Shown here: positions 1-8,583 of the stretch, piece after piece | Layout of the letters: every line of letters starts with the position of its first letter | How positions within the stretch are numbered: the first letter of the stretch is position 1 | The notes under the pieces: generated by a model | Told to the model about the DNA's origin: nothing | Database searches by the model: none | What the model saw: the letters and a program-made list of their open reading frames with translations, nothing else | Position numbers and translations under genes: made by a program | NCBI GenBank assembly: GCA_026014495.1 | Contig: JAOZIF010000018.1 | Location: 1 to 22,103 of the forward strand | Source of the DNA: Candidatus Bathyarchaeum sp. | Lineage (GTDB): Archaea > Thermoproteota > Bathyarchaeia > Bathyarchaeales > Bathyarchaeaceae | DNA: 22,103 nt | Direction: 5' to 3'

Positions 1-1
1 G

Positions 2-601
2 ATGTGCCCATATGGTGCCATAACTTTGGAGCCTACAACTGAAAACCACTTTGTTGCACGCGTTAATGACCTTCTATGTGAGGGATGCGGTGTCTGTGTT
101 GGAACTTGTCCACTGAACGCTATCGAACTTAAACACTCTAAACCAAACCAGATGACAGCTCAGATGAATGCTCTGATGTCCGTGAATGGAACCTCAAAGC
201 CTTTGGTTCTTGCCTTTTGTTGTCAAGAGTGTGGTCACACTGCTGTTGACTCTTCAGGTATGGCTAAAATGGAGTATCCAGCTAACGTGAGAATCATTAA
301 AGTTCCGTGTGCTGGAATAGTTCGTGCTAACCAGATTCTTGAAGCATTCAAAGCTGGCGCCCAAGGCGTAATGGTCGTGGGCTGCAAGACTGATGGTTGT
401 CACTATGAAGTTGGCAGTCAGAAAGCTGAAAAGAAGATGGATTTTGCTAAAGTGCTGCTTAAGGAATACGGAATAGAGCCTGAGCGTCTAGAAATGTTCA
501 GAATGGTATACATAGAAGGCGACAAGTTTGCAGAAGCTGCAAAAATGATGACCGACCGTGTAACCAAGCTTGGTGCACTAAAACTAATGGGAGCTTCCTA
601 A
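2..601 (+). CDS. hdrA: C-terminal part of an HdrA-MvhD fusion (HdrA C-terminal ferredoxin segment + MvhD-type [2Fe-2S] domain); 5'-truncated by the window edge
   Basis: Begins mid-cluster (xCPYGAI) then CEGCGVCVGTCP ferredoxin motif; followed by MvhD-pattern AFCCQEC, YPANVRIIKVPCAG, GCKTDGCHY, GIEPERL, EGDKFA. The Met at 2 is probably internal. Directly upstream of hdrC-hdrB. Confidence 0.88.
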   Translation: MCPYGAITLEPTTENHFVARVNDLLCEGCGVCVGTCPLNAIELKHSKPNQMTAQMNALMSVNGTSKPLVLAFCCQECGHTAVDSSGMAKMEYPANVRIIKVPCAGIVRANQILEAFKAGAQGVMVVGCKTDGCHYEVGSQKAEKKMDFAKVLLKEYGIEPERLEMFRMVYIEGDKFAEAAKMMTDRVTKLGALKLMGAS

Positions 602-608
602 AGGAGGT
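601..608 (+). promoter_or_regulatory. Shine-Dalgarno site for hdrC
   Basis: AAGGAGGT ending 8 nt before ATG at 617. Confidence 0.75.
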
Positions 609-616
609 ACAATGTA

Positions 617-1132
617 ATGCCCCCTCATAACACAAAAGAAACTGCAAACATGGCATTTTCTGCAGAAGTAACATGTCGTCATGGCGGAGAAACATTGACC
701 TCATGTTACCAGTGTGGAACATGCGCCAGCAGCTGTCCAGTAGCTCGACTTGATTCTAGATTCAATCCACGGGAAATACTCAAATTGTCTCTCCTAGGAG
801 AAAAAGAAGAGGTACTCTCAGGAGCCGCAATATGGCTGTGCACCTCATGTTTTAACTGCCAAGAAAGATGTCCTCAAGATGTTGAAATCGCTGACGTAAT
901 CTACGCACTCAGAAACATTGCAATAGAAGCTGGGCATTCACCAAATATCTACGCTGATTTTGGGGCTGCTCTTGTTGCTGATGGCCGAATTGTTGCAATT
1001 TCCAAGTTTGTTGAAAAGAAACGCGAAGAATACGGCTTACCTCCACTTAAACCAGTGGGCGTAGAAGCGCTGAACAAGATTCTCACTGCAACAGGTTTTA
1101 CTAAACCCGAAAAAACGGAGGCTTCACAATGA
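617..1132 (+). CDS. hdrC: Heterodisulfide reductase subunit C (2x[4Fe-4S])
   Basis: CYQCGTCASSCP and WLCTSCFNCQERCPQDV motifs; ATGA overlap with hdrB. Confidence 0.93.
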   Translation: MPPHNTKETANMAFSAEVTCRHGGETLTSCYQCGTCASSCPVARLDSRFNPREILKLSLLGEKEEVLSGAAIWLCTSCFNCQERCPQDVEIADVIYALRNIAIEAGHSPNIYADFGAALVADGRIVAISKFVEKKREEYGLPPLKPVGVEALNKILTATGFTKPEKTEASQ

Positions 1133-2004
1133 CAAAATATGCAATATTTCTAGGCTGCACTATACCTGCACGTCAACCAAACTATGAACTGTCAGCAAGA
1201 AAAACTCTTGAAAAGTTAGGCGTCGAACTTGTCGACTTAGATGACCTAACTTGCTGTTGTCCTCCACCTATCCAATCGATAAATCTGGAAAGCAGCCAAA
1301 CCATAGCTGCTTACAACATTTGTTTGGCTGAAGAAGCTGGACTGGATATTGTTGCACTGTGTAACGGCTGTTTCGAGTCTCTTGCAATGGCTAACGCAGC
1401 TCTCAAGAAAGACAAGGAACTAAAAGCACATATCAATGAGGTTTTGGCTAAAGTCGGCAAAGAATTCAAAGGCACAATCGAAGTAAAACACTTCCTTCAG
1501 GTATTATTGGACGACATTGGACTTGAAAAAATCAAAGAAAGTGTCGTTAAGCCCCTAAGCAGCCTGAAAGTAGCGCCATTTTATGGTTGCCACTCACTTA
1601 GACCCAGCAAGCTGCTGCAGTTCGATGACCCTGAGCGACCACAAATCTTCGAAAACCTACTAGAAGCTTTGGGAGCACAACCTCTAGAATACCGAAACAA
1701 ACTGAAATGTTGTGGAGGGTTACTCAAAGGCATCTCTGACGATACCGCACTTAGTCTAGCTAGAGAAAAATTAGCTAACACAAGCAAAGCAGGCGCTGAC
1801 TGCATCAGTACACTTTGTCCGTTCTGCTTTGTTGCTTTGGACATCGGACAAATACAAGTAAAATCAAAGTTCAACGAAGTCTATGACATGCCAATACTTC
1901 ATTACTCTGAGCTTATCGCTTTGGCTTTGGGTGTAGACCCAAACGAGTTGGCGCTTCGAAGCCACAAAGTAAAAGCAGACAAAGTTCTCGAAAAAATCGC
2001 ATAA
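1129..2004 (+). CDS. hdrB: Heterodisulfide reductase subunit B (two CCG domains)
   Basis: GCTIP, CCCPPP, CNGC, YGCH, CCGG, CPFC: the full set of HdrB non-cubane cluster Cys motifs. Confidence 0.95.
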   Translation: MTKYAIFLGCTIPARQPNYELSARKTLEKLGVELVDLDDLTCCCPPPIQSINLESSQTIAAYNICLAEEAGLDIVALCNGCFESLAMANAALKKDKELKAHINEVLAKVGKEFKGTIEVKHFLQVLLDDIGLEKIKESVVKPLSSLKVAPFYGCHSLRPSKLLQFDDPERPQIFENLLEALGAQPLEYRNKLKCCGGLLKGISDDTALSLAREKLANTSKAGADCISTLCPFCFVALDIGQIQVKSKFNEVYDMPILHYSELIALALGVDPNELALRSHKVKADKVLEKIA

Positions 2005-2019
2005 TTCTCTAGCATTATT

Positions 2020-2057
2020 GCGGGTTTTTTTGGTTCCCGCCATTTTTCTTTTTCTTG
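2020..2057 (+). terminator. Putative terminator after hdrB
   Basis: GCGGG (2020-2024) ... CCCGC (2036-2040) stem with a T7 run inside, followed by TTTTTCTTTTTCTT. Confidence 0.55.
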
Positions 2058-2069
2058 TATTTAACGCTT

Positions 2070-2123
2070 CAATAAAGTTAATATTTTGAAACTCGGTACA
2101 ATTCCACGCCTAAAAATAGGTGA
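2070..2123 (+). promoter_or_regulatory. Putative BRE/TATA promoter and SD of gap
   Basis: Purine-rich CAATAAAG (2070-2077), TTAATATT (2078-2085), and AGGTGA (2118-2123) 6 nt before ATG 2130. Confidence 0.5.
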
Positions 2124-2129
2124 ACGAAT

Positions 2130-3140
2130 ATGGTAAATGCAGCAATAAATGGATTTGGAAGAATAGGGAGGCTCCTATACAGGGCAGCCCTTGAAGAAAA
2201 TGCAGACATAAACTTTGTAGCAGTAAACGACCTAACAGACGCAAAAACATTGGCGCATCTGCTGAAAAACGATACAGTCCACGGCAAATTCCCATTCTCT
2301 GTTGAAGTTAAAGGTTCATCTCTTATTGTTGACGGAAAAGAACTCAAAATATTGGCTGAACCAAACCCCGCTAACCTACCTTGGAAAGACATGGGTGTCT
2401 ACGTAGCAGTTGAATCCACTGGAAGATTTAGATCAAAAGAAGCAGCCTCAAAACATCTTGAAGCTGGAGCGCAAAAAGTTCTTGTTTCTGCACCAATGAG
2501 TCCTGCAACTAGTGCTGACTTAACAGTGGTTTATGGTGTAAATGACAATTTATATGATCCCAAAAAGCATAACGTAATGTCATTGGCTTCATGCACTACT
2601 AATTGTTTGGCGCCAGTTTCTAAGGTTCTTAACGAGAATTTCGGAATTGAAAAAGGTTTAATGACTACAGTTCATGCTGTAACTAATGACCAAAGACTTC
2701 TTGATATGCAACACAGTGACCTGAGACGTGCTAGATCCGCAGCTTTTAACATGATTCCTACATCAACAGGTGCAGCCGTAGCTGTTGGTTTGGCTCTTCC
2801 AATGCTTAACGGAAAACTGAATGGAATGTCGTTGCGTGTTCCAACACCTGACGTTTCCATAGTTGACTTGGTGGCAATACTGAAGAAAGAAGCAACAGCA
2901 GACGAAATCAATGCCGCTCTAAAGAAGGCAGCTGACGGCCCATTGAAAGGCATTCTCTCTTACAGTGAAGAGGCGCTTGTGTCATCAGATATTATCCACA
3001 ACTCTAACTCAGCCATAGTAGACGGAAAGCTAACTATGACCATAGGTAACTTGGTCAAAGTCCTTGCTTGGTATGACAACGAGTGGGGCTACTCCGTCAA
3101 GATGGCACGCATGATCGAAAAGATCTGTAAGATGGCCTAA
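2130..3140 (+). CDS. gap: Glyceraldehyde-3-phosphate dehydrogenase, class I (bacterial/eukaryotic type)
   Basis: AINGFGRIGR, VAVNDL, ESTGRF, ASCTTNCLAP (catalytic Cys), TTVHA, TNDQRLLD, RRARSAAFNMIPTSTGAA, RVPTPDVS, WYDNEWGYS. Confidence 0.97.
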   Translation: MVNAAINGFGRIGRLLYRAALEENADINFVAVNDLTDAKTLAHLLKNDTVHGKFPFSVEVKGSSLIVDGKELKILAEPNPANLPWKDMGVYVAVESTGRFRSKEAASKHLEAGAQKVLVSAPMSPATSADLTVVYGVNDNLYDPKKHNVMSLASCTTNCLAPVSKVLNENFGIEKGLMTTVHAVTNDQRLLDMQHSDLRRARSAAFNMIPTSTGAAVAVGLALPMLNGKLNGMSLRVPTPDVSIVDLVAILKKEATADEINAALKKAADGPLKGILSYSEEALVSSDIIHNSNSAIVDGKLTMTIGNLVKVLAWYDNEWGYSVKMARMIEKICKMA

Positions 3141-3168
3141 GTGGAGCCACAAAAACCTCAAATCCCCC

Positions 3169-3193
3169 TTTTTCCTTTTTTTAATTAAGGTGA
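3169..3193 (+). promoter_or_regulatory. T-rich tract (possible partial terminator) plus SD of pgk
   Basis: TTTTTCCTTTTTTT (3169-3182), then AGGTGA (3188-3193) 6 nt before ATG 3200. Confidence 0.45.
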
Positions 3194-3199
3194 AATATT

Positions 3200-4429
3200 A
3201 TGCCAAAATTCTTGACAATGGATGATTTCGACCTAAAAAACAAGACAGTTCTTGTTAGAGTAGACTTTAACTCACCCCTTGACCCCGAAACCAAACAGAT
3301 AATTAATGATAAACGAATTCGCGCCCACGCATCTGCAACAATCGAAGAACTTGTCAAAAAAGGCGCAAAAACAGTAATCTTAGCCCATCAAGGCAGACCT
3401 GGATCTGCAGACTTTATTTCTCTTGAGCAGCATGCAAAACTTCTTGGTAAAGCATTGAATATGACCGTGAAGTATGTTGATGATGTTTTGGGAGAAGCTG
3501 CCCAGAACGAAATCAAAGCTTTGGAGAGCGGCGAAGTTCTTGTTTTAGGAAATGTTCGTGGTCTTCCATACGAGCAAAGTAAGGGAACTGCTGAGGAGCA
3601 TTCTAAAACTGAGTTCGTGCAGAACCTTGCTCCTTTGGCAGACATCTTCATTAATGACGCATTTGCTGCGGCTCATAGGGCTCACGCGTCGATGGTTGGT
3701 TTCACTGCAGTTTTGCCTAGTGCTGCTGGTAGAATAATGGAAAAAGAACTCAAAGCATTAGGTAAAGTTCTTGAATCTCCTGAGAAGCCCTCCGTCTTTA
3801 TGATTGGTGGCGCAAAAGGTGATGATTCACTTGATATCTCCAACTATGTGCTAAAGAACAAAATAGCTGATAACGTTCTAGCAGGTGGAGTAATCGGGCA
3901 CATCTTTCTGGTAGCCAAGGGCTTCGATTTGGGTGAAGGAAACATGAAGTTTCTGGAAAAACAGGAACTGATGGGTCTAGTTCCTGGAATAAAGAAGCTA
4001 ATGAATGACTATCCTGGGGCTATTCTAGTGCCTTTAGACCTAGCTGCTCAAGTGGGCGATAAGAGAAAGGAGCTAACTGTTGACGAACTACCCACAAGCA
4101 ATCCAATCTTTGACATTGGAACACAAACTGCAAAGAAATTCGCGGACATAATCCTGAAAGCCAAAACAATAGTGGTCAGTGGACCTGTTGGTGTCTTTGA
4201 GAATCCAGAATTCAAGAAGGGCTCTGAAATTGTTCTCAAAGCCGTAGCAGATTCTGAAGGCTTCTCTCTTGTTGGCGGAGGACACACAGTTGCAGCAGTA
4301 GAAAAGTTAGGACTAGCTGACAAAATGTCTTACGTAAGCACTGCAGGTGGAGCATTGATAGAATTTCTTATGGGAAAGCAGCTGCCCGGAGTTGTTGCTC
4401 TGGAAAAGGCAGCTGCCAGAAATTCCTAA
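3200..4429 (+). CDS. pgk: Phosphoglycerate kinase (archaeal-like sequence)
   Basis: VLVRVDFNSP, LAHQGRPG, FINDAFAAAHRAHAS, IGGAK, GPVGVFE, GGGHT, VSTAGGA; FLTMDDFDL N-terminus and HQGRPG resemble archaeal PGKs. Confidence 0.97.
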   Translation: MPKFLTMDDFDLKNKTVLVRVDFNSPLDPETKQIINDKRIRAHASATIEELVKKGAKTVILAHQGRPGSADFISLEQHAKLLGKALNMTVKYVDDVLGEAAQNEIKALESGEVLVLGNVRGLPYEQSKGTAEEHSKTEFVQNLAPLADIFINDAFAAAHRAHASMVGFTAVLPSAAGRIMEKELKALGKVLESPEKPSVFMIGGAKGDDSLDISNYVLKNKIADNVLAGGVIGHIFLVAKGFDLGEGNMKFLEKQELMGLVPGIKKLMNDYPGAILVPLDLAAQVGDKRKELTVDELPTSNPIFDIGTQTAKKFADIILKAKTIVVSGPVGVFENPEFKKGSEIVLKAVADSEGFSLVGGGHTVAAVEKLGLADKMSYVSTAGGALIEFLMGKQLPGVVALEKAAARNS

Positions 4430-4554
4430 TTTCCTCCATTTTTTTGGAGACCTCTTAGTTTTTGTTGCTTTTGGTTTTTAACCAAACAACGATAACATTT
4501 TAGTTCTGCGTAAAGTTTGCCTTGTTGTATTCACTCATTTGTGTGCTTTGTGAA

Positions 4555-7395
4555 TTAAGGTGCATTTATTGTTCTTGTGTTCCATTCTTGGAGATAGTTT
4601 TCGTATTCTTCGGTGGTTGGGTAACTTTCTGTGTCTGGATATGGGAACCCACTCATGTCTCGGAACGGTAACGGGTCTACTGTGAAATCAAATTCGTAAC
4701 CCCAGTTTCCAACTGGGTCTTTGAACCAGCAAGCTACAAACATAAAGAAGCTTCTTTCCATGCCTTCTTCAAGTGGTGGGAGTTCAGAGGTGTAGAATTT
4801 GAGGGAAACTTTGTCGCCTTGCATTCCTATAACATACATATCATCTGCTTCTGGAAGAAGTAGTTCTGTTACATCACCGTATTTTGTAAAGTTCCCTGAA
4901 ACGTTTGAGACTACTGTTCCAAATTCTAGTGGGTCAAGATTAGCTGTAGCCGAGATTTCATATATTTCTATGTCCTCTTGTGCTGATGTGTCTATTCCAA
5001 TGTAATCGAAAGTTACGTTCCAGAAATTGGTAATTCTGATCTTGTACTCTGTAATGTCTTCGGGGAAAAGTCCATTCAAGTCTACGGTGAATGTTCTAGG
5101 AACGTAATCTCCAGGGATTGGCATCTGCCTATCCTGTGGAACTTGTACCCAATTGCCCTGTGCATCCATCACTTCCATGTATGCTGGTGGGTTAATCTGT
5201 GTACCATTTTCTACTAACCCATTTGCAGCTGCCGTCTTAAACTGATCAATCCATTCATAATATGGTTCAGCTGGTCCCCAATCAACCATTCCATTGATTA
5301 CGAGCTTAATTTCCTCTGCATCAGATAAATCGCCCAAATCTAGCGTTAACTGGTTTAATGTGATGTTGTCCCATGATGGACTTTCAACGCCGTTGGTGGC
5401 TTGTGTGAAGATGCTGTCAATTTCAGCTATTTGTGATAGGACATCCTCTCCATTTTGGTTTGTTGCTGAAACTGGCGTTAATAAATTATCTTCGTCTACG
5501 GTGTAGATTTCGCCGTAGAATCCTCTGTTGACGTAGTTTACCATGGTTGAGTAAGCATCTGTGTCGGTGGGGTGGTCAACAACCACTAGGTAGGCTGTGT
5601 CCATGTAAAAGATTTCATTCCATTGCTGAAAGAGCACAATGTCGTAGTATTCACCATTTGTGTCGTTCTTTGTTTGTAGTTGACTGCTGTCTAGTTTAAC
5701 ATGGTCCCATGGGTTGCCTCCGCCAAATACTATGTCGCCTTCATCAGTGATGTAGTCGATGTATCCTAGCCAGCCTGCGTTTGAGACTTCGGTGATGTAG
5801 TTGTAGCCTGTTCCGTTCCACGTGTACAGTGAAGGGCATGATGCATATCCGCTAATTACGACGTAATATGCCATTAGTGATTGCCACTTGTCTAATGTGA
5901 ATGTTCTTTCTTCTGTTTCTACGCCATCGTTCCAGTGTGAAAATTCTAGTATACCTGTTCCAACATCAACGATTCGTGGTGCGCTAAGTGTGTATTCGTC
6001 TGTTGGTAAAAGTTTGCTGTATGGGGTGTCGTGTGTTACGCCGTTGAGTTCAAATGTTAGTGGTATGCTGCCTCCACCTGCTCGGGTGATAGAGACTGTA
6101 TGGTAATTGTCAGGAGCAACTTGGAAAAATCCTCTTAGTGTGTTTGTTTGATTGCCCAAGTTCACTATTTCAACGCTGTACCCTTCTGTTTTTTCCTCTG
6201 GTGTTCCACTTTTAGCTGTAACTGAGTGTTGAATTATCACATCTTTTGCGTCGGCATCCAGCGTGACTGTTTTAATTGCTTCTATTTCTCCATCAATCAA
6301 AATTCTTACTTGAAGTGTACTTGATTCACTTACCAAATTGGCGGCTTTAGCTTTGATTGTTACTGTCTCGCCGCCCCAAACTTCGTATGGGCTTACTGTT
6401 AAACTGTACAATCTTGTGTTTGTTGATGCAGGAGTTAAACTTTCAACACTAAATGACCCTGACTGGTCTGCTACCTCAACGGTGTATGTGCCTGCATTTT
6501 GTTCGGAGACTTCAAACTCTACAATATCAGTTGCTTGACCCGTCACTGTAACATCTTTGGAGTCTCTTGTAACGCCATCAACTGTTAGGTTCACGGTGTA
6601 TGTGCCAGATTCTTCTCCAACATTAGTTACCTTAACTGATATTGTTACAACTTCATCAACTAGAGCAGAAGATGGATTAATCGTTAAATCAGTTACTTGG
6701 AACTCTGCAGGTTTGACTGATTGAGCTTCAGACGTGATTGTAAATGATGTAGTTAAACCTCCAATTTCTACTTCGTAGTCACCTTCAGAGTTTTCAGTGA
6801 TTTCAAACTGAACTAACTCGTTTTCACCGCCATCTAACTGGATGCTTTTTGTTTGCCTTTTTTGGTCGTTTACAAAAAGTTCCAAAGAAAATTCGCCTGT
6901 TTCATCTCCAGTGTTAGTTGCTGTAACTGAAACAGTTATTGGGTCTCCAATTCCAGCTTCTTGTCTGCTGGTTACCAGATTTGTTAATTGCAGTTTGGCT
7001 TTTTTGATTGGTGTTTCCACAGTAACTCTGAGTGTTTCTGTCATGCTGCCTATTGTAATTGTGTAGTTGCCTTCAGTTTGTTCTGTCGCTGTGAATATTA
7101 CTGTTGTAGTTTCTCCCGCTGAAAGCTGAACAGTTTCTGTTGCTGTTTGAACATCATCTATTGTTAGAGCTACAGTGTGATTACCTGTCTTATCTCCCTT
7201 GTTAGTTACTTTGACCGATATGTCCACAGGTTCCCCTACTTGTATCCAATCAGACTCAAGAATCAAGTCTGTGACCTCAAAATTGTCTGATTTTGAAATC
7301 TGTGAATCAACATAGAAGTAACCAGGGATTACAACCGTTAAAAGTATCAAGTCAATAATCAAAAAGATTCTAAGTTTACTTAATCGAAAGCCCAA
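4555..7395 (-). CDS. Membrane-anchored/secreted surface protein: N-terminal TM helix, 4 CARDB/Ig-like repeats, small linker domain, ~430-aa uncharacterised C-terminal domain
   Basis: 946-aa ORF, TTG start; hydrophobic residues ~10-29; repeated VxVxVTNxGxxxG...V.L.VDG...V.F...G.Y.V.I pattern; acidic Thr/Val-rich composition; SCPSLYTWNG motif at residue 519. Confidence 0.85.
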   Translation of the reverse strand: MGFRLSKLRIFLIIDLILLTVVIPGYFYVDSQISKSDNFEVTDLILESDWIQVGEPVDISVKVTNKGDKTGNHTVALTIDDVQTATETVQLSAGETTTVIFTATEQTEGNYTITIGSMTETLRVTVETPIKKAKLQLTNLVTSRQEAGIGDPITVSVTATNTGDETGEFSLELFVNDQKRQTKSIQLDGGENELVQFEITENSEGDYEVEIGGLTTSFTITSEAQSVKPAEFQVTDLTINPSSALVDEVVTISVKVTNVGEESGTYTVNLTVDGVTRDSKDVTVTGQATDIVEFEVSEQNAGTYTVEVADQSGSFSVESLTPASTNTRLYSLTVSPYEVWGGETVTIKAKAANLVSESSTLQVRILIDGEIEAIKTVTLDADAKDVIIQHSVTAKSGTPEEKTEGYSVEIVNLGNQTNTLRGFFQVAPDNYHTVSITRAGGGSIPLTFELNGVTHDTPYSKLLPTDEYTLSAPRIVDVGTGILEFSHWNDGVETEERTFTLDKWQSLMAYYVVISGYASCPSLYTWNGTGYNYITEVSNAGWLGYIDYITDEGDIVFGGGNPWDHVKLDSSQLQTKNDTNGEYYDIVLFQQWNEIFYMDTAYLVVVDHPTDTDAYSTMVNYVNRGFYGEIYTVDEDNLLTPVSATNQNGEDVLSQIAEIDSIFTQATNGVESPSWDNITLNQLTLDLGDLSDAEEIKLVINGMVDWGPAEPYYEWIDQFKTAAANGLVENGTQINPPAYMEVMDAQGNWVQVPQDRQMPIPGDYVPRTFTVDLNGLFPEDITEYKIRITNFWNVTFDYIGIDTSAQEDIEIYEISATANLDPLEFGTVVSNVSGNFTKYGDVTELLLPEADDMYVIGMQGDKVSLKFYTSELPPLEEGMERSFFMFVACWFKDPVGNWGYEFDFTVDPLPFRDMSGFPYPDTESYPTTEEYENYLQEWNTRTINAP
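6118..7284 (-). repeat. Four tandem ~90-aa CARDB/Ig-like domain repeats (protein-level, diverged at DNA level)
   Basis: Residues ~38-124, 133-220, 230-317, 326-426; e.g. ISVKVTNKGDKTG / VSVTATNTGDETG / ISVKVTNVGEESG / IKAKAANLVSESS. Confidence 0.8.
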
Positions 7396-7602
7396 GACGA
7401 TTCAACTCCAAGAGTGATAAACTGAATTTTTTCTGGGACATTTGTAATTCATTACTTCCGCTTAAAACTTTGCTAGTAATCCCCCAATTGTATTTCCTCA
7501 TTTTTGATTAATCTTGTTTAAGCCCTATGCAACAAGCATTCTGCTATCAACTAAAACAAATGATACCTGTTATCAGGCGCTACCCAAGAATTACTATTCT
7601 GG

Positions 7603-8583
7603 TCACTCAATTTCTGATGGTTCCAACCAGTTTCGCGAACTGAAAACGGTTTTTTTGCCAAAGTTTACTTTCAAGCAGTCTTCGTACGGGCACATTTCAA
7701 CACATCTGGTGCACAGCATACACATTGAAGTCATTATTTTTCCTCCTTTTTGTTCGTACACTTCAGTGACCTGCACTGGACATACTCTTTTGCAAATTCC
7801 GCATTTAGTACATTTTGTTTCGTTCTTTTCAATGTGAAGCATAGGTGCCCACTTAAAGCCCTTGAACCTGTTTATCGCGGCGACCGATATCCCTGTTGGA
7901 CAGAAGCGGCACCAAACGCGTCTTACAAAGAATGAGCCTACAACAGTTAATCCCAAAAAAGTTAATGCAATAATTGTGGCAAAGTTTTTGCCTGAGTATT
8001 TGATTACTTCCTGAATGTACGGGTAACTAAAGTACAGTCCGCCAATTTCTAGTGGTCCCTCCCAAGGTACAATCAAAGGTACCACTGGGCTGAGCATTAT
8101 TCCTAGATGTTCAAAATGCCCAGCAAATAGTAGTGCCATGAGCATGAAAAGGTTCAAAGATGAAGGCGGTTCTATTAGAGCAAAAATTAAAACTAGAATT
8201 AGAAAAAAACCTAGCAATATGTATCTGAAGTTGTGTAGAAACTTGTTGAGTTTGTCGGGGAGGATTCTGTAGCGTATTTTAAGTGCCTTTCGAATTAGCG
8301 TAATTATATCCATGTACAAGCCGAACGGGCAAATCCAGCCGCAAAAGAATCGCCCCAAAACAACAGAGGCTATCAGAATAACTGCTAACAACAGAAGTGG
8401 TCTTACAGTATATGTGAATAAATAAAATACCGCAGCCATGGATACTACTTGCGCAACAAACTTGAGGTACGTTAGTTTTGTTGTTCGATTCTTTTTCCAT
8501 ATCAGAACAACTAATATGGCTGCTATGGCTAATCCTGCAAACGCCATTAACTTCAGTGCCTCGGCTACGATTTCCATTGTCAT
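7603..8583 (-). CDS. Membrane-bound 4Fe-4S binding protein, NapH/MauN/YccM-like polyferredoxin
   Basis: Several TM helices; GRFFCGWICPFG and RRVWCRFCPTG (CxxxCP) motifs; C-terminal CTKCGICKRVCP and CMLCTRCVEMCP; GGTGA SD upstream. Confidence 0.9.
   Translation of the reverse strand: MTMEIVAEALKLMAFAGLAIAAILVVLIWKKNRTTKLTYLKFVAQVVSMAAVFYLFTYTVRPLLLLAVILIASVVLGRFFCGWICPFGLYMDIITLIRKALKIRYRILPDKLNKFLHNFRYILLGFFLILVLIFALIEPPSSLNLFMLMALLFAGHFEHLGIMLSPVVPLIVPWEGPLEIGGLYFSYPYIQEVIKYSGKNFATIIALTFLGLTVVGSFFVRRVWCRFCPTGISVAAINRFKGFKWAPMLHIEKNETKCTKCGICKRVCPVQVTEVYEQKGGKIMTSMCMLCTRCVEMCPYEDCLKVNFGKKTVFSSRNWLEPSEIE

Noticed and set aside
612-619. ATG-TAA minimal ORF overlapping the hdrC start (ATGTAATG)
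   Set aside because: The first ATG is only 3 nt from the SD, while 617 has good spacing; likely chance in AT-rich sequence.
2-2004. Possible selenocysteine (UGA) recoding in Hdr/Mvh genes
   Set aside because: No in-frame TGA; the positions that are Sec in some methanogens are Cys here.
7514-7935. Plus-strand ORFs 7514-7837 and 7750-7935
   Set aside because: Antisense shadows of the polyferredoxin gene with no recognisable motifs. The same reasoning applies to the other short antisense or alternate-frame ORFs inside gap, pgk, the surface protein, the exchanger, the permease, scpA and smc.
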